From NCBI GenBank assembly GCA_012295275.1, contig CM022678.1, positions 9,734,001 to 9,798,000 of the forward strand: DNA of 64,000 nt, in the 5' to 3' direction. The notes under the pieces were generated by a model. The model made no database searches and was not told where the DNA came from. It saw only the letters and a program-made list of their open reading frames with translations. Both the position numbers and the translations under genes were made by a program. Below are positions 1 to 13,560 of the stretch, piece after piece. This DNA is from Chrysomallon squamiferum. Taxonomy: Eukaryota; Animalia; Mollusca. Numbering within the stretch: position 1 is the stretch's first letter; each line of letters opens with the position of its first letter.

Positions 1-395
1 ATAAAAAGTAAAAAGAAAAATTATTATTCACTTGTTTGTTGAGAACACATAAATAATAAGAAAGTATGAACAATTATGTTTCTTCGTGTCAGGAAATTAT
101 TTAATATATAAGGACCTTTAACTTTTTGGTGCTCATGAAAAAGTATATCGAAATAATTTTAATGTTGTAATTTAAAGTGTGGGTTTCCCATAAGTTATTA
201 TGGGGCTACGAATTGTTACTGAGTGGTATCAGTTTTTATAAATAAAGTTAGAGTTAAGATCTGAAGGTGATGTTAACTGAAAGACTGAGAAAAAAGTCAC
301 AGAACACAAAGCAACAGAAAGTGAAGAGAGAAATTTCTCCAGAGAGAGAGAGTTAAACCAGCATTTGAAAGAGCTAGAACTAAACGGTTTAAAAC

Positions 396-568
<173 letters not shown>

Positions 569-1562
569 GGTAGTAGAAATGTTTTGTGATGAGTCGAGTT
601 AACTAAGAAGTACGATGTAATCAAACACCACAGAAAGGCAGCAGCGTGTTGAGACTGCGCCAGACAAGTCAGCAGAGCCGCCCTTGTGTCAGGCTGACAA
701 ACAGCGGGATTACGTGTGACAAACATTAGCTGTTTTTTGTCTGCGCTACAATCAATAAGAGATTTAACAAATAAGAAATTTATTACGTTAAGTGTCGTTA
801 CTTTTCTGGTTTGACTTGAACTTAATCGTACATGTTACGTGTCAGTACAGGCAATCGGAAAACGCAGTTGATATGAGGCAAACCTTTGCACTATCTTATT
901 CATAATTAATTTTTCACTTTTCCTATTTTTCTCTTGCGCTAGTACACGCACACGCACACACACACATTAAGTCTCACTTATACAAATACACACACACGCA
1001 TACATTCATACACATGTTCACTAATGGCTAGGAACTTTTACTTGTATGTTGCTTCAAGTGTTTATTTATTTATGTAGGAATGTTGTGTTTAACAGTATTT
1101 ACCAAACATAATTACAAATAACCATCATAACTAATAATTACATCATTATATCATTATTATAAGCACAGTGACTGCAGAAGAATAGCAAGAATCGTAAAAA
1201 GATATTTAAAGATTTTTCATGTTAATATTTACATTACTAAAACAAGTTAAAATTGTACCTCCTTTTTATCCTAACGGATAATATCAAATTAATAACTATC
1301 TGAATAGTGATTATACATATTTCGATCTAAAAATAATAAGAACTGATTTACTTAATTCACTTTGTTGAATTCTAGTATTCTCAATACTTAATATAGTATT
1401 ATTTATCAAACAATAAAACAAAATCGCTCTGTAAATAAATAAATAAATAAAAAGTCTGAAGACGTTTAGACAATAATATTGATACTTAATTATTGCTAAA
1501 AACAAACAAACAACCCGAAAAACTTGAGAACGTTTTTTCGCCATATTCAAACTTGAGCATTC

Positions 1563-2541
1563 GTGTTGGTGTGAAGACTGGTTGAGTGTTAGTGTGAAGA
1601 CTGGTTGAGTGTTAGTGTGAAGACTGATTGAGTGTTAGTGTGAAGACTGGTTGAGTGTTGGTGTGAAGACTGGTTGAGTGTTGGTGTGAAGACTGGTTGA
1701 AGACTGGTTGAGTGTTGGTGTGAAGACTGGTTGAGTGTTGGTGTGAAGACTGGTTGAGTGTTAGTGTGAAGACTGGTTGAGTGTTAGTGTGAAGACTGGT
1801 TGAGTGTTAGTGTGAAGACTGGTTGAGTGTTGGTGTGAAGACTGGTTGAGTGTTGGTGTGAAGACTGGTTGAGTGTTGGTGTGAAGACTGGTTGAGTGTT
1901 GGTGTGAAGACTGGTTGAGTGTTGGTGTGAAGACTGGTTGAGTGTTGGTGAAGAAGACTGGTTGACTGGTTGTGTTGTTGAAGACTGGTTGAGTGTTAGT
2001 GTGAAGACTGGTTGAGTGTTGGTGTGAAGACTGGTTGAGTGTTGGTGTGAAGACTGGTTGAGTGTTGGTGTGAAGACTGGTTGAGTGTTGGTGTGAAGAC
2101 TGGTTGAGTGTTGTGTGAAGACTGGTTGAGTGTTGTGTGAAGACTGGTTGAGACTGGTTGTGTGAAGACTGGTTGAGTGTTGGTGTGAAGACTGGTTGAG
2201 TGTTGTGTGAAGACTGGTTGAGTGTTGGTGTGAAGACTGGTTGAGTGTTGGTGTGAAGACTGGTTGAGTGTTGGTGTGAAGACTGGTTGAGTGTTAGTGT
2301 GAAGACTGGTTGAGTGTTGTGTGAAGACTGGTTGAGTGTTGGTGTGAAGACTGGTTGAGTGTTGGTGTGAAGACTGGTTGAGTGTTAGTGTGAAGACTGG
2401 TTGAGTGTTGGTGTGAAGACTGGTTGAGTGTTGGTGTGAAGACTGGTTGAGTGTTAGTGTGAAGACTGGTTAAGTGTTGGTGTGAAGACTGGTTGAGTGT
2501 TAGTGTGAAGACTGGTTGAGTGTTAGTGTGAAGACTGGTTA
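1563..2541. repeat. 23-bp minisatellite (GTGTTRGTGTGAAGACTGGTTGA), ~42 copies
   Basis: Head-to-tail units with a G/A variant and a few truncated units; no unique spacers. Confidence 0.97.
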
Positions 2542-3078
2542 AGCGACGTGTAAACTGCTGCACGTTTCAGAGGCGGCGAGGTCTTCGCTGCAGTTTAAAG
2601 AAAGATGTAGACGTACAAAGAGTTTTCAGTCGTTAACAACTGCTAGTGAAGTGTAGACTTTCTGTTTAACTCTCACACACAGACCGACATCAGCACTCCT
2701 GAGAGCAGAGATGTTAAATATCGATTTCATTCGAGTTGTGAAATGATATCAGGTAGACAGTTGCAGGTGTGAAATTGATAAACTATGTAAAAAGGAGAAC
2801 TTTATTTAATCTGATACTAAAACTTGAGTCACAAAATGCATATATAGATTTTCATATAAATTGTTGTTGAAATTACTTTATGTTTTTAAAGATTTTCATG
2901 TAGAATGTTACTGAATTTACTTAATGTTACTGATGCTACTTAAATGTGTTTTTTTTTATTCATATAATCATCACACTTGATTTCACTTAAAATCAGTTTA
3001 ATAGTAAGTTTTTTCTTTTGTAATGATACAATAATACGAGACTAATAACTTTCATTGAACTTCTTCTTCTTATTATTA

Positions 3079-3130
<52 letters not shown>

Positions 3131-3393
3131 AGTTCTTACGGTTTGCTGATGATGACGTTATCAGATTGCTAAGCACTGGTATATTTTTAATTTGCTCCTT
3201 TGAATCTAAAAGTGTATTCGTATTCTTTTTTGTCTTTCAAGAACTGTAATTGTATTTGAACGTTAAATTATTCTGATCCGTTCTTTTATAATACAAACTC
3301 TTCAGTTTTAATTCGCATTCTGTTCGTGGTATTTATCATTTTTGTGTCTACTCAGTGTTACATGTCTTGTACATTAAAAAAAAAAAAATTATA

Positions 3394-3424
<31 letters not shown>

Positions 3425-6320
3425 TCTATATAAACATATTTATGTCTGAGATGTAATATTTATTATTTAAGGGAAATAACTCTGTTTTCATACGTAGACA
3501 ACTAAAGAAAGTAGTAAAGAAAACGAAGAACACATTTTAAGGTAAATTATCAACGCACAACCAGGCTGAAATATCACGGGAAACAGAAGGAAAGGTAATC
3601 GAGTGAAGCACCCCACATACATGAGATAAAGGAACAGGCAGACACATTTGGTTTTATCTGCTACATTGATGATGACACTAAATAAAGAGTACAATGAATT
3701 TTAATAAAATTGTAACAAACAGGAGTTAAATGGATCTAAGAAACCATCAGTTTACCAACTGTTCTCTGAGACGGGAAGTAGTTTTTCAAGTGGAGGTTAA
3801 TGAAAGGCTCCAAACATTTGCCCAATCCTATCCTACTCAAAGGTTTATCGTTGATGAATATTTTTTAAATATAATTATAATATTTAAAAAATAATAATAT
3901 ATATATATAATAAACTATAATATAATATGATACGATATGACACATGTATACTACAATATAATATTATTTCTTTATTTATTTACTTATTTACTTATTACAA
4001 TTTATTTGCGTTGGTAAATATCTTAAATTTTGTGGTGATGATAATGAAGAAAGGAAGAAGTGATGAATTATGCAGTGTGTCATGGCTGACTAGGTTTTAG
4101 GTCAACTGATGAACTCTTTTCTTGCGCATACTGAGCAAAATATCATGTTTAAACCCCGCTTCTCTGTCAAACGCAATTAAACACTGGGAATATTCATCGC
4201 GTGTTTCTTGTCGAGGCTTGATACTAAAATAAAAACATATCTTCATTGTGACGTTCATGATGCATTGAAAAACTCGTTCTACAAGTTTCCAGTGTCAACT
4301 GCGTGGTCTGTGTACAGAACATGACAGTTAGTACGAAACAGTGACATAAACTTGAATATTAGCTCAGCCTGCTAAAATAATTACACAAATACAGACGGAT
4401 CTGATAGGATTTGGACTCTTTCATTTCAAGAATGTACAAAAAATATATATATAAAAAAAACAAATTGAAAAATTGAAAACAAAAAGAAGAAGAAATAAAT
4501 AACAATCATAACAAACATTTATCATTCTTCTGTTCACAAAAATATCCCCCCCACAAAAAAAATGTACAAAATTACCAAACTTGCTATGACTATTAAATGA
4601 CAGATCTGTGTTAAGAAACATAGAAACACTATCACATCGGTAAAGCACTTAACCTGACAGCAAATGAAAGCGAAGAGGCATTCCCAAACAAACAAAGAAA
4701 CAAAAAGAAAAAAACGAATTAGTAAGTTATAGGATTTTTGAAAAAATATGTATTTATTTATTTATTTATTATTATCTTCATCTTCATCATCATCATTATA
4801 TATTTAATTAAATATCAAATGTGAATCACACAGGTTATAAAATATAAACCTCAGAGTGATTCTTTACTTGTGTTCAGTTAACAGAAATGTATTTTTAATA
4901 TGTACCACTAATCTTGATAAACGAGTATTTTGTTCTATCTAGAACGGGAAATAACACAATCAGCGCATCTTGCATGAACTAATATTTCCATCAGAGCAAG
5001 CAAAATACTGGATACATAAGAAAAGCCACAAATGTACATAAGCAACAACCGCGACGACAAAAGAATAATAAAAGAAATGTGTGTTCCCAGGGTTACTAAA
5101 GAGTTTCTTTGAAACAAGCTGTCTGGTAAATACTCTCAAACTCAGTCGACTGTAACATACCACACAGCATGTCTATACATGCTGACATGAAAATAGAATT
5201 ATTTCAGAATTTTAATAAACCATTATCTATTACTGAGATAATACATAATAGAATATGGGTTTAACACTAAACAAATTTAACTGTATACTCTGAAAATGTT
5301 TGTGTTTTAATTTTTGTTGACCTTTGTTCTTTACACGTCTTTCTTTTTGAATGTCTTGCAGTATTTATAATTTATAATGTAAATACATTATTTTTTGTTA
5401 TTTCTTTGTGCCCACTAAATATATCGCAGTGCAAACAGCTGTTATAATAGAAAGTTTAAGCACGACATGTTCACTGCTTTGCTCAAACTACAGGAAAAAC
5501 CAACACTTCTTTCTCAGTTTATTTTTATTTACCTTTGTCAAGTATTTCAACGTTTATGTCATCGCTAACACCAAACAGAGTAATGTTAAGTAGGACTCAA
5601 TTAGGTTAGGTTTAAAGTTAGGAATAAGATTAGGATTAAAGTTTGTTAGGATGTATTGTCAAGAATAGCAGATAAAACATTATTAATTTATCACATGCAT
5701 TTGTTTTACTTTCTCTAATATTTCAGTCATGTTTAGAGTTTGGTTTCTGAATTAGAGCAGACTATAATGTTAAAAGTAGAATATTTGATAAACTAACATT
5801 ATATCAGAATAGAGGTTAGACTTTATTATCTTATTATTTCAGGCTACTAACCACCGCTCGTAATGAAGTAATATGAAAATAATATAATATTGCTACAAAA
5901 CATCTGAACACCGCCATTTTACCCACTTTTTTGGCTTGCGAGCTACTTTTTAAATGACCAAGTCAAAATGATCTACCTACAATAAAAACGCAAAACATTT
6001 ATTTATTTAGTTAGTTTATTTATAGTAAATATTCGTTACTTTACAATATACCTTGCATAACATCATGAACCTGTATGGCACAAAACCAAGTCTGTAGATT
6101 TTTGGACATCACCTTACTCTGATGACTTGCATTTGCATTATGGATGATACTTTGTTATTTCGAAACGTAACGTGGAATCAAGCTAAAAACATTTTGAGTA
6201 TTTCTTTAGCGAGTACACTTTAAATGGAATCATTAAGAATAAGGCTGCTGCTGCGGTAATTGTTAAGGTTTAGGTTTGAAGTAAGGTAAAGTTTGTGTTG
6301 TATTTATATTTTACTTGTAG

Positions 6321-6405
6321 GGGTGACGGAGACTACCGAATGCGAGAAATTAAAAGCTGTAACAAATGCTACTGTTTTGAATTACATATCTTCTGAGAAA
6401 AAGAA
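6321..6405 (+). CDS. CUB-Ig-Ig-TM receptor, exon encoding the CUB N-terminal part
   Basis: ttgtag|...|gtaag boundaries; reads VTETTECEKLKAVTNATVLNYISSEKK; phase 2 end is compatible with the next exon. Confidence 0.65.
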
Positions 6406-6733
6406 GTAAGTTTCTACTGAATTTGTTACTATTAAATTTTATATATTTATTTACTTGTTTATTTATTTCTTTGTTTTCTTGTTTGTTAAGTGTTTATTTA
6501 TTTGTGTGTTTGTTAATTAAATATGAACTAGTGATTTAAATATTTCTTATTTCCTTTTCTCTTTTGTTCCTTGGTTTATCAATTATTTATGAATTTATGT
6601 TTGTTAGATAAATATTAATTAATTAGTTATTTATATATTTCTTATTTGTTTCTATTTGTTTGTTTCTTTGTTTTCTAATGTTTTATGTATCTGTGTTAGG
6701 TAGATAACTGTGTATATATTATAATGTTTCTAG

Positions 6734-6855
6734 TTGGTTAATTCGTTGTTGGTTCCTGAATTCAGCGAATGGTACAACCATGAATGTGACAGTTATCGAA
6801 TCCTCTGTTGGAACAGGAAAAGACTGCCAGAATGAAAATGTTACAATCGAGGGTG
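6734..6855 (+). CDS. CUB-Ig-Ig-TM receptor, exon encoding the CUB middle part
   Basis: ttctag|...|gtaag; reads WLIRCWFLNSANGTTMNVTVIESSVGTGKDCQNENVTIEG, matching the CUB pattern C-x-W...C-xx-D/E-x-V-x-I. Confidence 0.7.
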
Positions 6856-6884
6856 GTAAGATGACTTTTTGTATTATTATTTTA

Positions 6885-6973
<89 letters not shown>

Positions 6974-7269
6974 CTACTATTGTTATTGTTGTAACTGTTA
7001 TTATTATTATCATTGTTGTTATATTATTATAATTATAATTATTATTATTGTTGTTGTTGTTATTCCAATTGTTCTTTTATTGTTTTGTTGTTGTTATAGT
7101 TGTTGCTGTTTGTTATTATTATTGTTGTTGTTATTTTACTATTATTACTGTTGTAATTATTCTTATTGCTATTACTGTTGTTGTTCTGTGTGCAAGTATG
7201 TAAGTATGTATGTATGTATGTATGTATGCTTTATCAAAAACGCTATTGCTGTTTTTGTGTTATATACAG

Positions 7270-7429
7270 TGACAGTCTCCAAGGGCTGGACAGCTGTGAA
7301 GGCGTGGTGTGGTACAGAAACACCTTCTTATCAATCATCAGGAAAACGAGGAAACGAGCTGAAAATTAACTTTTTTTAATTCTGACAACGGCCTTACGAA
7401 AAAATTCAAACTACGATACAGAGCAATGA
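7270..7429 (+). CDS. CUB-Ig-Ig-TM receptor, exon encoding the CUB C-terminal part (one +1 frameshift at T7, 7371-7377)
   Basis: atacag|...|gtaag; reads TVSKGWTAVKAWCGTETPSYQSSGKRGNELKINFF then, with one T removed, NSDNGLTKKFKLRYRAM. This matches the CUB WCG...F-x-SD...F-x-L-x-Y motifs. Confidence 0.72.
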
Positions 7430-7820
7430 GTAAGTGTATGACAGTGTGTAAAACATTCCTGTGTGAATTTTGTTTGTCATAGGCTGTGAATTGGTGATGA
7501 ATAAGAAATCTCAATTACAAATGTTTTAAATGCATTTTTCTAAATACAACCATAAGACAATGGCTGGAACTATAACGTTTTAGTGCTAAAACAAAATATG
7601 TGAGTTACTTTGTTTCTGGATGTTTCACACACAGCCAGACACACATACACGCACAGAGGCACTCATACTCACACACACGGATCATACACAGGCGCAGTAG
7701 TTACATCAAAGATTAATCTAGGAGGATGAGGAAACAGGACCGAATTTCTGAATTTTGCTAAAGATAATAACTACAGCAAAGTGTTTAGTGTGTTGTTAAA
7801 AAGACAAATATTATTTTCAG

Positions 7821-8099
7821 TTCGCTGTAATGTTACAACAAATCCACCTAAAATGATAGAAGTAAACGTAAGTGACAACGTAGTTTTATCCTGTACGTCA
7901 GCGTGCCCGTCACCTGTCAGATACAGCTGGATACACAACAACGTTGTCATCAGCCGAGACAGAGAGACAGGCCATCTGGCTGTCCCTCACGTCAGTGATG
8001 CTGATTTTGGGTACTACACGTGCATTGCAAGTCAGTATGCTGATGATGATCATGACGTTGGCTACAGTGGTTCAAACTACGTCGAAGTGAGAGTTATAT
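7821..8099 (+). CDS. Ig-like domain 1 exon
   Basis: Phase 1-1 exon, tttcag|...|gtaag; VVLSC...YSWIHN...DADFGYYTCIA contains the canonical Ig C, W and DxGxYxC. Confidence 0.9.
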
Positions 8100-8271
8100 G
8101 TAAGTAATCTTTGTAACCTGTAGAAATGTATGCTAGTTTTCAGTGAAACATTTTGTACGCTTGCATTTATGTTCGGTGTACGTATGTTTTATATTATTCA
8201 GATTGCATTGTCTAGTAGGTGCCTGGATACGTCAGAAACATTTCAAATACTTTTAATGAAAGTAGAGTCAT

Positions 8272-8314
<43 letters not shown>

Positions 8315-8421
8315 CCCAAACGCACACGCTCACAGAAAGATAAAATTTATGGATACATCTACATATTTGACAGAATTAATATACCTGACACCTTTTGACC
8401 ACTTACACTAAAATATTTCAG

Positions 8422-8700
8422 ACGGGCCGTTGAGTGTAAAGCTGATTTCTACGGATGGTGCCTATGTACAGGGTCAAAGCACTGATTTGCGGTGTGAAGC
8501 CCGCTGTTACCCACCGTGTCAGTACAAATGGACATTTCGTGAAAAGTCTCTCAAGAATTCTGATTATTTTTCTCTACACATTGTTGGTGGACTTCATTTT
8601 AAGAGTTTGTCGAGTGATGATGCTGGCGAGTACACGTGTATTGCTACCAACCCCAAAACTTTAAAAACAGGGAGCAAAAGCATCACAATATCTGTCAGTA
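8422..8700 (+). CDS. Ig-like domain 2 exon
   Basis: Phase 1-1 exon; YGP...LRCEARCYPPCQYKW...DDAGEYTCIATN, a CEACAM/hemicentin-like Ig repeat. Confidence 0.92.
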
Positions 8701-8920
8701 GTAAGTATAATTGTTTATATCACGTGTACATTTATCAGAACAGAGAGACTCACAGACACACAGACATGCACAGAAACTCACACACATATACACACAGACA
8801 TGCACAGAGAGATATATATACATTTGGTCTGTGTTTTCTTGTTAGTGCATGTATGTGTGTTGTGTGTGTGTTGTGTGTGTGTGTTTGTGTGTGTGTGTAT
8901 GTGTGTGTGTTTGTGTATGT

Positions 8921-8979
<59 letters not shown>

Positions 8980-9534
8980 TGTGTGTGTTTGTTTTTCTTC
9001 ATTTTTTCCTTCTCATTAAATGTTCATAGTTTTTGTGTACCACTCACTACAACATATCGCAACGAATGAGGGTTTTTCACTTTTCTTGTTAAAACCGACT
9101 CGACACTCTCAGGGGTGTACAAGGGGGAAAAAGTTAAGAACCAGGACAGAGACAGAGAGATAGATTATAAAGGAACAAAAAAAACAAAATCCTAACAGTA
9201 CGAAAACAAATGAGATAAACTAGCACACAGTTTTGATTTGAAGGATGTATGCTTGACTAGATATATGGAACATAAAACTACAGGGTTTGTTTTTTACTAT
9301 ATATCTCAAATATATTCTTAATTCACGCAGTGATAACTTTTTTATACAAGAGTAAAAAGATATGTTAATCCTTGCAAATATCACTGACTGAATGGACAGG
9401 AAAACGAATTCATTTTACGAGGTTTCTATTAAATATTTATGTGAGTTTGAATTAGTCACAGAAATGTAGATAGGTAAACAAGTGGATGGATGGATGAATG
9501 GACAGATATACATATAGAAAGAGAGAAAGAATTT

Positions 9535-9645
<111 letters not shown>

Positions 9646-9691
9646 TCTGAATTTAAAAACGATAGTGTGACAGTTTATACTAAATTTTCAG

Positions 9692-9814
9692 ATACTGAGA
9701 ACACTGAGAACACTGAGAACGCAGATATGTTGACAATAATTATCGGCGCTGCTGCAGGTGCGGTCGTCCTACTTATGATAATCATCATCGTCATTGTAGT
9801 AATAAGAAGAAAAG
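9692..9814 (+). CDS. Transmembrane exon of the CUB-Ig-Ig receptor
   Basis: tttcag|...|gtaat; TENTENTENADMLTIIIGAAAGAVVLLMIIIIVIVVIRRK is a hydrophobic helix followed by a basic stop-transfer. Confidence 0.88.
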
Positions 9815-10321
9815 GTAATAATCTAAATATCTGGTTTTTATTCGAATAAAGTTAAATTCTGATGTTTAACAACTCTCTCTCCTCGATAACTAGAGCAGGT
9901 TAAGCTATTTATCACTGAACTAAAACAAAAGCAGGCAAATAATATTCATGGAAGAGGTAACTAATGATTAACAGTATTGTTTGTTTTTCTTATTTATTTT
10001 ATTTTATTTTATTTTATTATTTTTAATTTTTTTTTCTTCAATGCAAGAAAAAGAAAATCAACCAAAAATTAATATATAAAATGAAAAAAGTAAAACAAAA
10101 TAAAATTTGAAAAAGAAGAATATACCTATCTACCTATAACGTGTATATATTGCCAAGAATAAACTATTCCTTCTTGCTACTGTATCATTTTCAATTAATG
10201 ATGTTATAAATTATCTTTCATAACAAAAGAAATTACAAAGAAATTTATAAAAAACAAAAATCATATTAAGAATCATAAAAGAATATATTTTATCACTTTA
10301 TTATTATTAATTTTGTCACAG

Positions 10322-10343
10322 CAGCGACAAAGAAAAGCGAACA
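10322..10343 (+). CDS. Probable juxtamembrane cytoplasmic micro-exon
   Basis: ttttgtcacag|cagcgacaaagaaaagcgaaca|gtaag; continues in frame as AATKKSE. Confidence 0.5.
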
Positions 10344-10461
10344 GTAAGAATATTTTATTACTTGTAAAGTTCTTGATTATCACCGTGATTAGTTTTTGTC
10401 TTTGGTTATTTTGCTGTATAAATACTTTGGGGAATGCTGTCTGGGAGCAATGGGGTCCAGT

Positions 10462-10904
10462 CTAAATATAAAAATGAAAGTGAGATGAGCCGAGTTCCGA
10501 AGTGTTTATTGCTGGTCAGCCAAGTGCGTTGTCCTTTTTACATAGACTGCATATGTATATACATGTTGTAACAATATAAGATGTGTACTTAAAACTGATT
10601 CATACATATATATTAATTATGCATAATGGCTGTATACACAGGTAACAGTAAATAACTGCATTAGTTAAATTGTGTATATATTGTTTCAGTTCATATTGCG
10701 TTTACTATTGTACATGTAGTTACTAACGATTTGTAATATTTGATCAATAAAGTACACATTGCGTGTGACCATGTTCCGCCAACGACATGTAACAAATAGC
10801 ATTTTATAACAAACATAGTTTAAAGATACTTTCCTAAATATAGAAATGAAAGAGAGATGAGCCGAAATCCGAAGTGTCTATTGCTGGTCAGCCAAGTGCG
10901 TTGT
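10462..10904. repeat. Pair of ~70-bp direct repeats (10462-10532 and 10834-10904)
   Basis: ctaaatata.aaatgaaag.gagatgagccga..tccgaagtgt.tattgctggtcagccaagtgcgttgt occurs twice. Confidence 0.85.
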
Positions 10905-11087
10905 AACTGGACACTGGTCTGTGCGTTATTTTATAGCACTCGGCTCATATCGTTGCGTATTAATGTATTTAGGTATTTTAGTTGTTGTCAAGATTATTGC
11001 CGTAATCAATTTACTCGGGAAAAGACATCTTTTGTCTACAGCTGTCCTGAATCGGCGCATACCCATTAATTGGAGCCGGCTCATATC

Positions 11088-11372
11088 ATTATGTATTAAT
11101 GTATTTAGGTATTTTAATTATCTTTATGTATTAATGTATTTAGGTATTTTAATTATCATTAGGTATTAATGTATTTAGGTATTTTAATTATCTTTATGTA
11201 TTAATGTATTTAGGTATTTTAATTATCATTAGGTATTAATGTATTTAGATATTTTAATTATCTTTATGTATTAATGTATTTAGGTATTTTAATTATTATT
11301 ATGTATTAATGTATTTAGGTATTTTAATTATTATTATGTATTAATGTCTTTAGATATTTTAATTAATTATAT
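11088..11372. repeat. 35-bp AT-rich minisatellite, ~8 copies
   Basis: Tandem TATGTATTAATGTATTTAGGTATTTTAATTATCTT with minor variants. Confidence 0.9.
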
Positions 11373-12338
11373 GTTTGTTGTTAGATTGAAAGGATTGTAA
11401 CTTGACGACTTTGGCTTTACAACTTTGGTTGGTATAGTTAAATATATTTTATTTTAATCTGCTTATGGCATTTCCAAGCGAGGCTATGATAATATTAAAG
11501 AAAATATTCTTATTTTGAAAGCAATATCAAATTGATGTAGGGATTTTTTATGATTATTATTATTAATTTTTGTTTTCTTCCGAGAGTTCTAACCTGCAGA
11601 CATATAAAACTTAGCTACCTCAATCTTAGTGATTGCACAAAAAATCTTTACCGTCTATTTAGCTGATCTTGTCTGTTCTGTGCTAACATAAATTGTTATT
11701 TAATGTCATGCGTTATTTCTTTATAATACTTCTTTCTAGTAGTAATATCTTTTATATGTAAAAACGTCATTCGTGAACCAGATATACATTTTAATGCTAA
11801 CTTAAATTTTATTCTCTATGAAAGTTAGCTACTTAGCGAACGTGATTAAAGAAACTGAGGCCATGCTTTAGTAGTTTTCGGGAATTATCAAAATTAGGTA
11901 TGCCTTCTTTCAGCTAATTTATTCAGTTTGCTAAAGTAGATGCAGGTTTTAATGAGCGAATTTAGAAATGTGATATTAAATTCATATTTTAATGGAAATT
12001 TTAACTGTTAATGTTCGACGACATGATTCAACTGTGAAAGCACATAACCGTCGTGGAAGTGGAACAAATGAGGTCAATATTCGGATCACTGAACCCACTT
12101 AGATATTTCATGTCTACTGAGTGAATTTGCTTTATAGAGCAAAAAACCCCCCCCAAAAAAAAAAGAAATCTACAAAGAAATAAAGAAAAAAAAAATGTTT
12201 CCACCCTTATACCTCCTTTTAATTTCGTTCACACGAAATAAGTTTTAACATTTACATAGCATATATTTATATTTCTTTATCTAATAACACTAGGACTCCC
12301 ATCATTATTCACTTTTATCACACTGCATGAGTCAGAAC

Positions 12339-13295
12339 TATGACTGCTGTCAGCCGATACATAAAAACACACAAACAAAAACGGGTGTGTCAAGTTACGT
12401 TATTGAAATAAGCAATAAATACAGCGGCTAAAGAGGCCTGGTAGATGTAAGAAATATTTATAAAGCAGTTTGTAGTAGAATTTATTTTGTTCTATAACAT
12501 AAAGAAATTACATATGTCTAATGTTTGGATCAGAGAACAATGAAACAAATGACATGCATCTAGATTTTAAATTTAATATTGCAAAAATCAAATAATTAAA
12601 AAAAAAAAAATCTTTGCCTTACTTTTATCTAAGTAGCAATTTTTGTTAGGACATCCAAATCTTATTCTTTCCAAAAAATCATTTCCCATCGATTTATGTG
12701 TTCTTATCGTGTCTGTGCTAAGCTAAGTTATTAGTTAGTCTGTTGTGTTATTTGCTTCTTGTGTATTTGTATAATTACACTTCCATGGAGTTATAATTTT
12801 TATATCAGTCAACTATTAGTGAATTATTATTTAATGGACAAGTAATAAGTAAACTATTAGGTAAATATAAAGTATAAGGTCGGAATAACAAAATTTTGAA
12901 TCAAACTTACATGTCCTAGCTAGATGTCAAACGAACTGTTAGACTAAATAAACGACAACTTTCTACTTTCCTTTTTAAATTCACAAACTTTTCACATTCT
13001 TGTTTATTTTTATCAGACGTTCATAAGTTAGAAGTATGACTGCAGTCAGCCGATACATAAAAACACACAAACAAAAACGGGTGTGTCAAGTTAAGTCATT
13101 GAAATATACAAGAAATAGAGCGAGAAAAGAGGCCCGGTATGTGAAAGAAATATTTATAAAGCAGTTTGTAGTATAATTGTTTTTTTTTCTATAAATTACA
13201 GAAATTACACATGTCTAATGTTTGGGGCTGAGAACAATGAAACCAATGACCTGCTTCGACATTTCAAATTTAATAATGCAATAACTAAAAGAAAA
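12339..13295. repeat. Local ~260-bp direct duplication (~12339-12600 and ~13036-13295)
   Basis: Both copies share tatgactgc.gtcagccgatacataaaaacacacaaacaaaaacgggtgtgtcaagtta...catatgtctaatgtttgg...agaacaatgaaac. Confidence 0.85.
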
Positions 13296-13525
13296 AATCT
13301 CAGTCTTCAACTATCAGCAGCTATATAACAGTACAGCAACAGAAAAGAGTGTCTGGAATCAGGTCATTGAAATATGCAAGAAATCCAGCTGAAATACTGA
13401 GTTATAATTACAGAAGTAAATATATTTAATATATTTTATATTTTAAAATATTTATCTGGAAAACGAGATCAGTTTGATAAGGAAGCCTTCGTCATTTTCT
13501 TCTTCTTCTCCTTCATTTTATTGTT

Positions 13526-13560
<35 letters not shown>

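Noticed and set aside
1563-2541. CRISPR-like array
   Set aside because: Units are contiguous without unique spacers, there are no cas genes, and the context is eukaryotic.
3133-3178. Possible 5' exon of the CUB-Ig receptor (also 5843-5859)
   Set aside because: Splice-like ends are present, but I could not build a convincing ATG plus signal peptide in frame.
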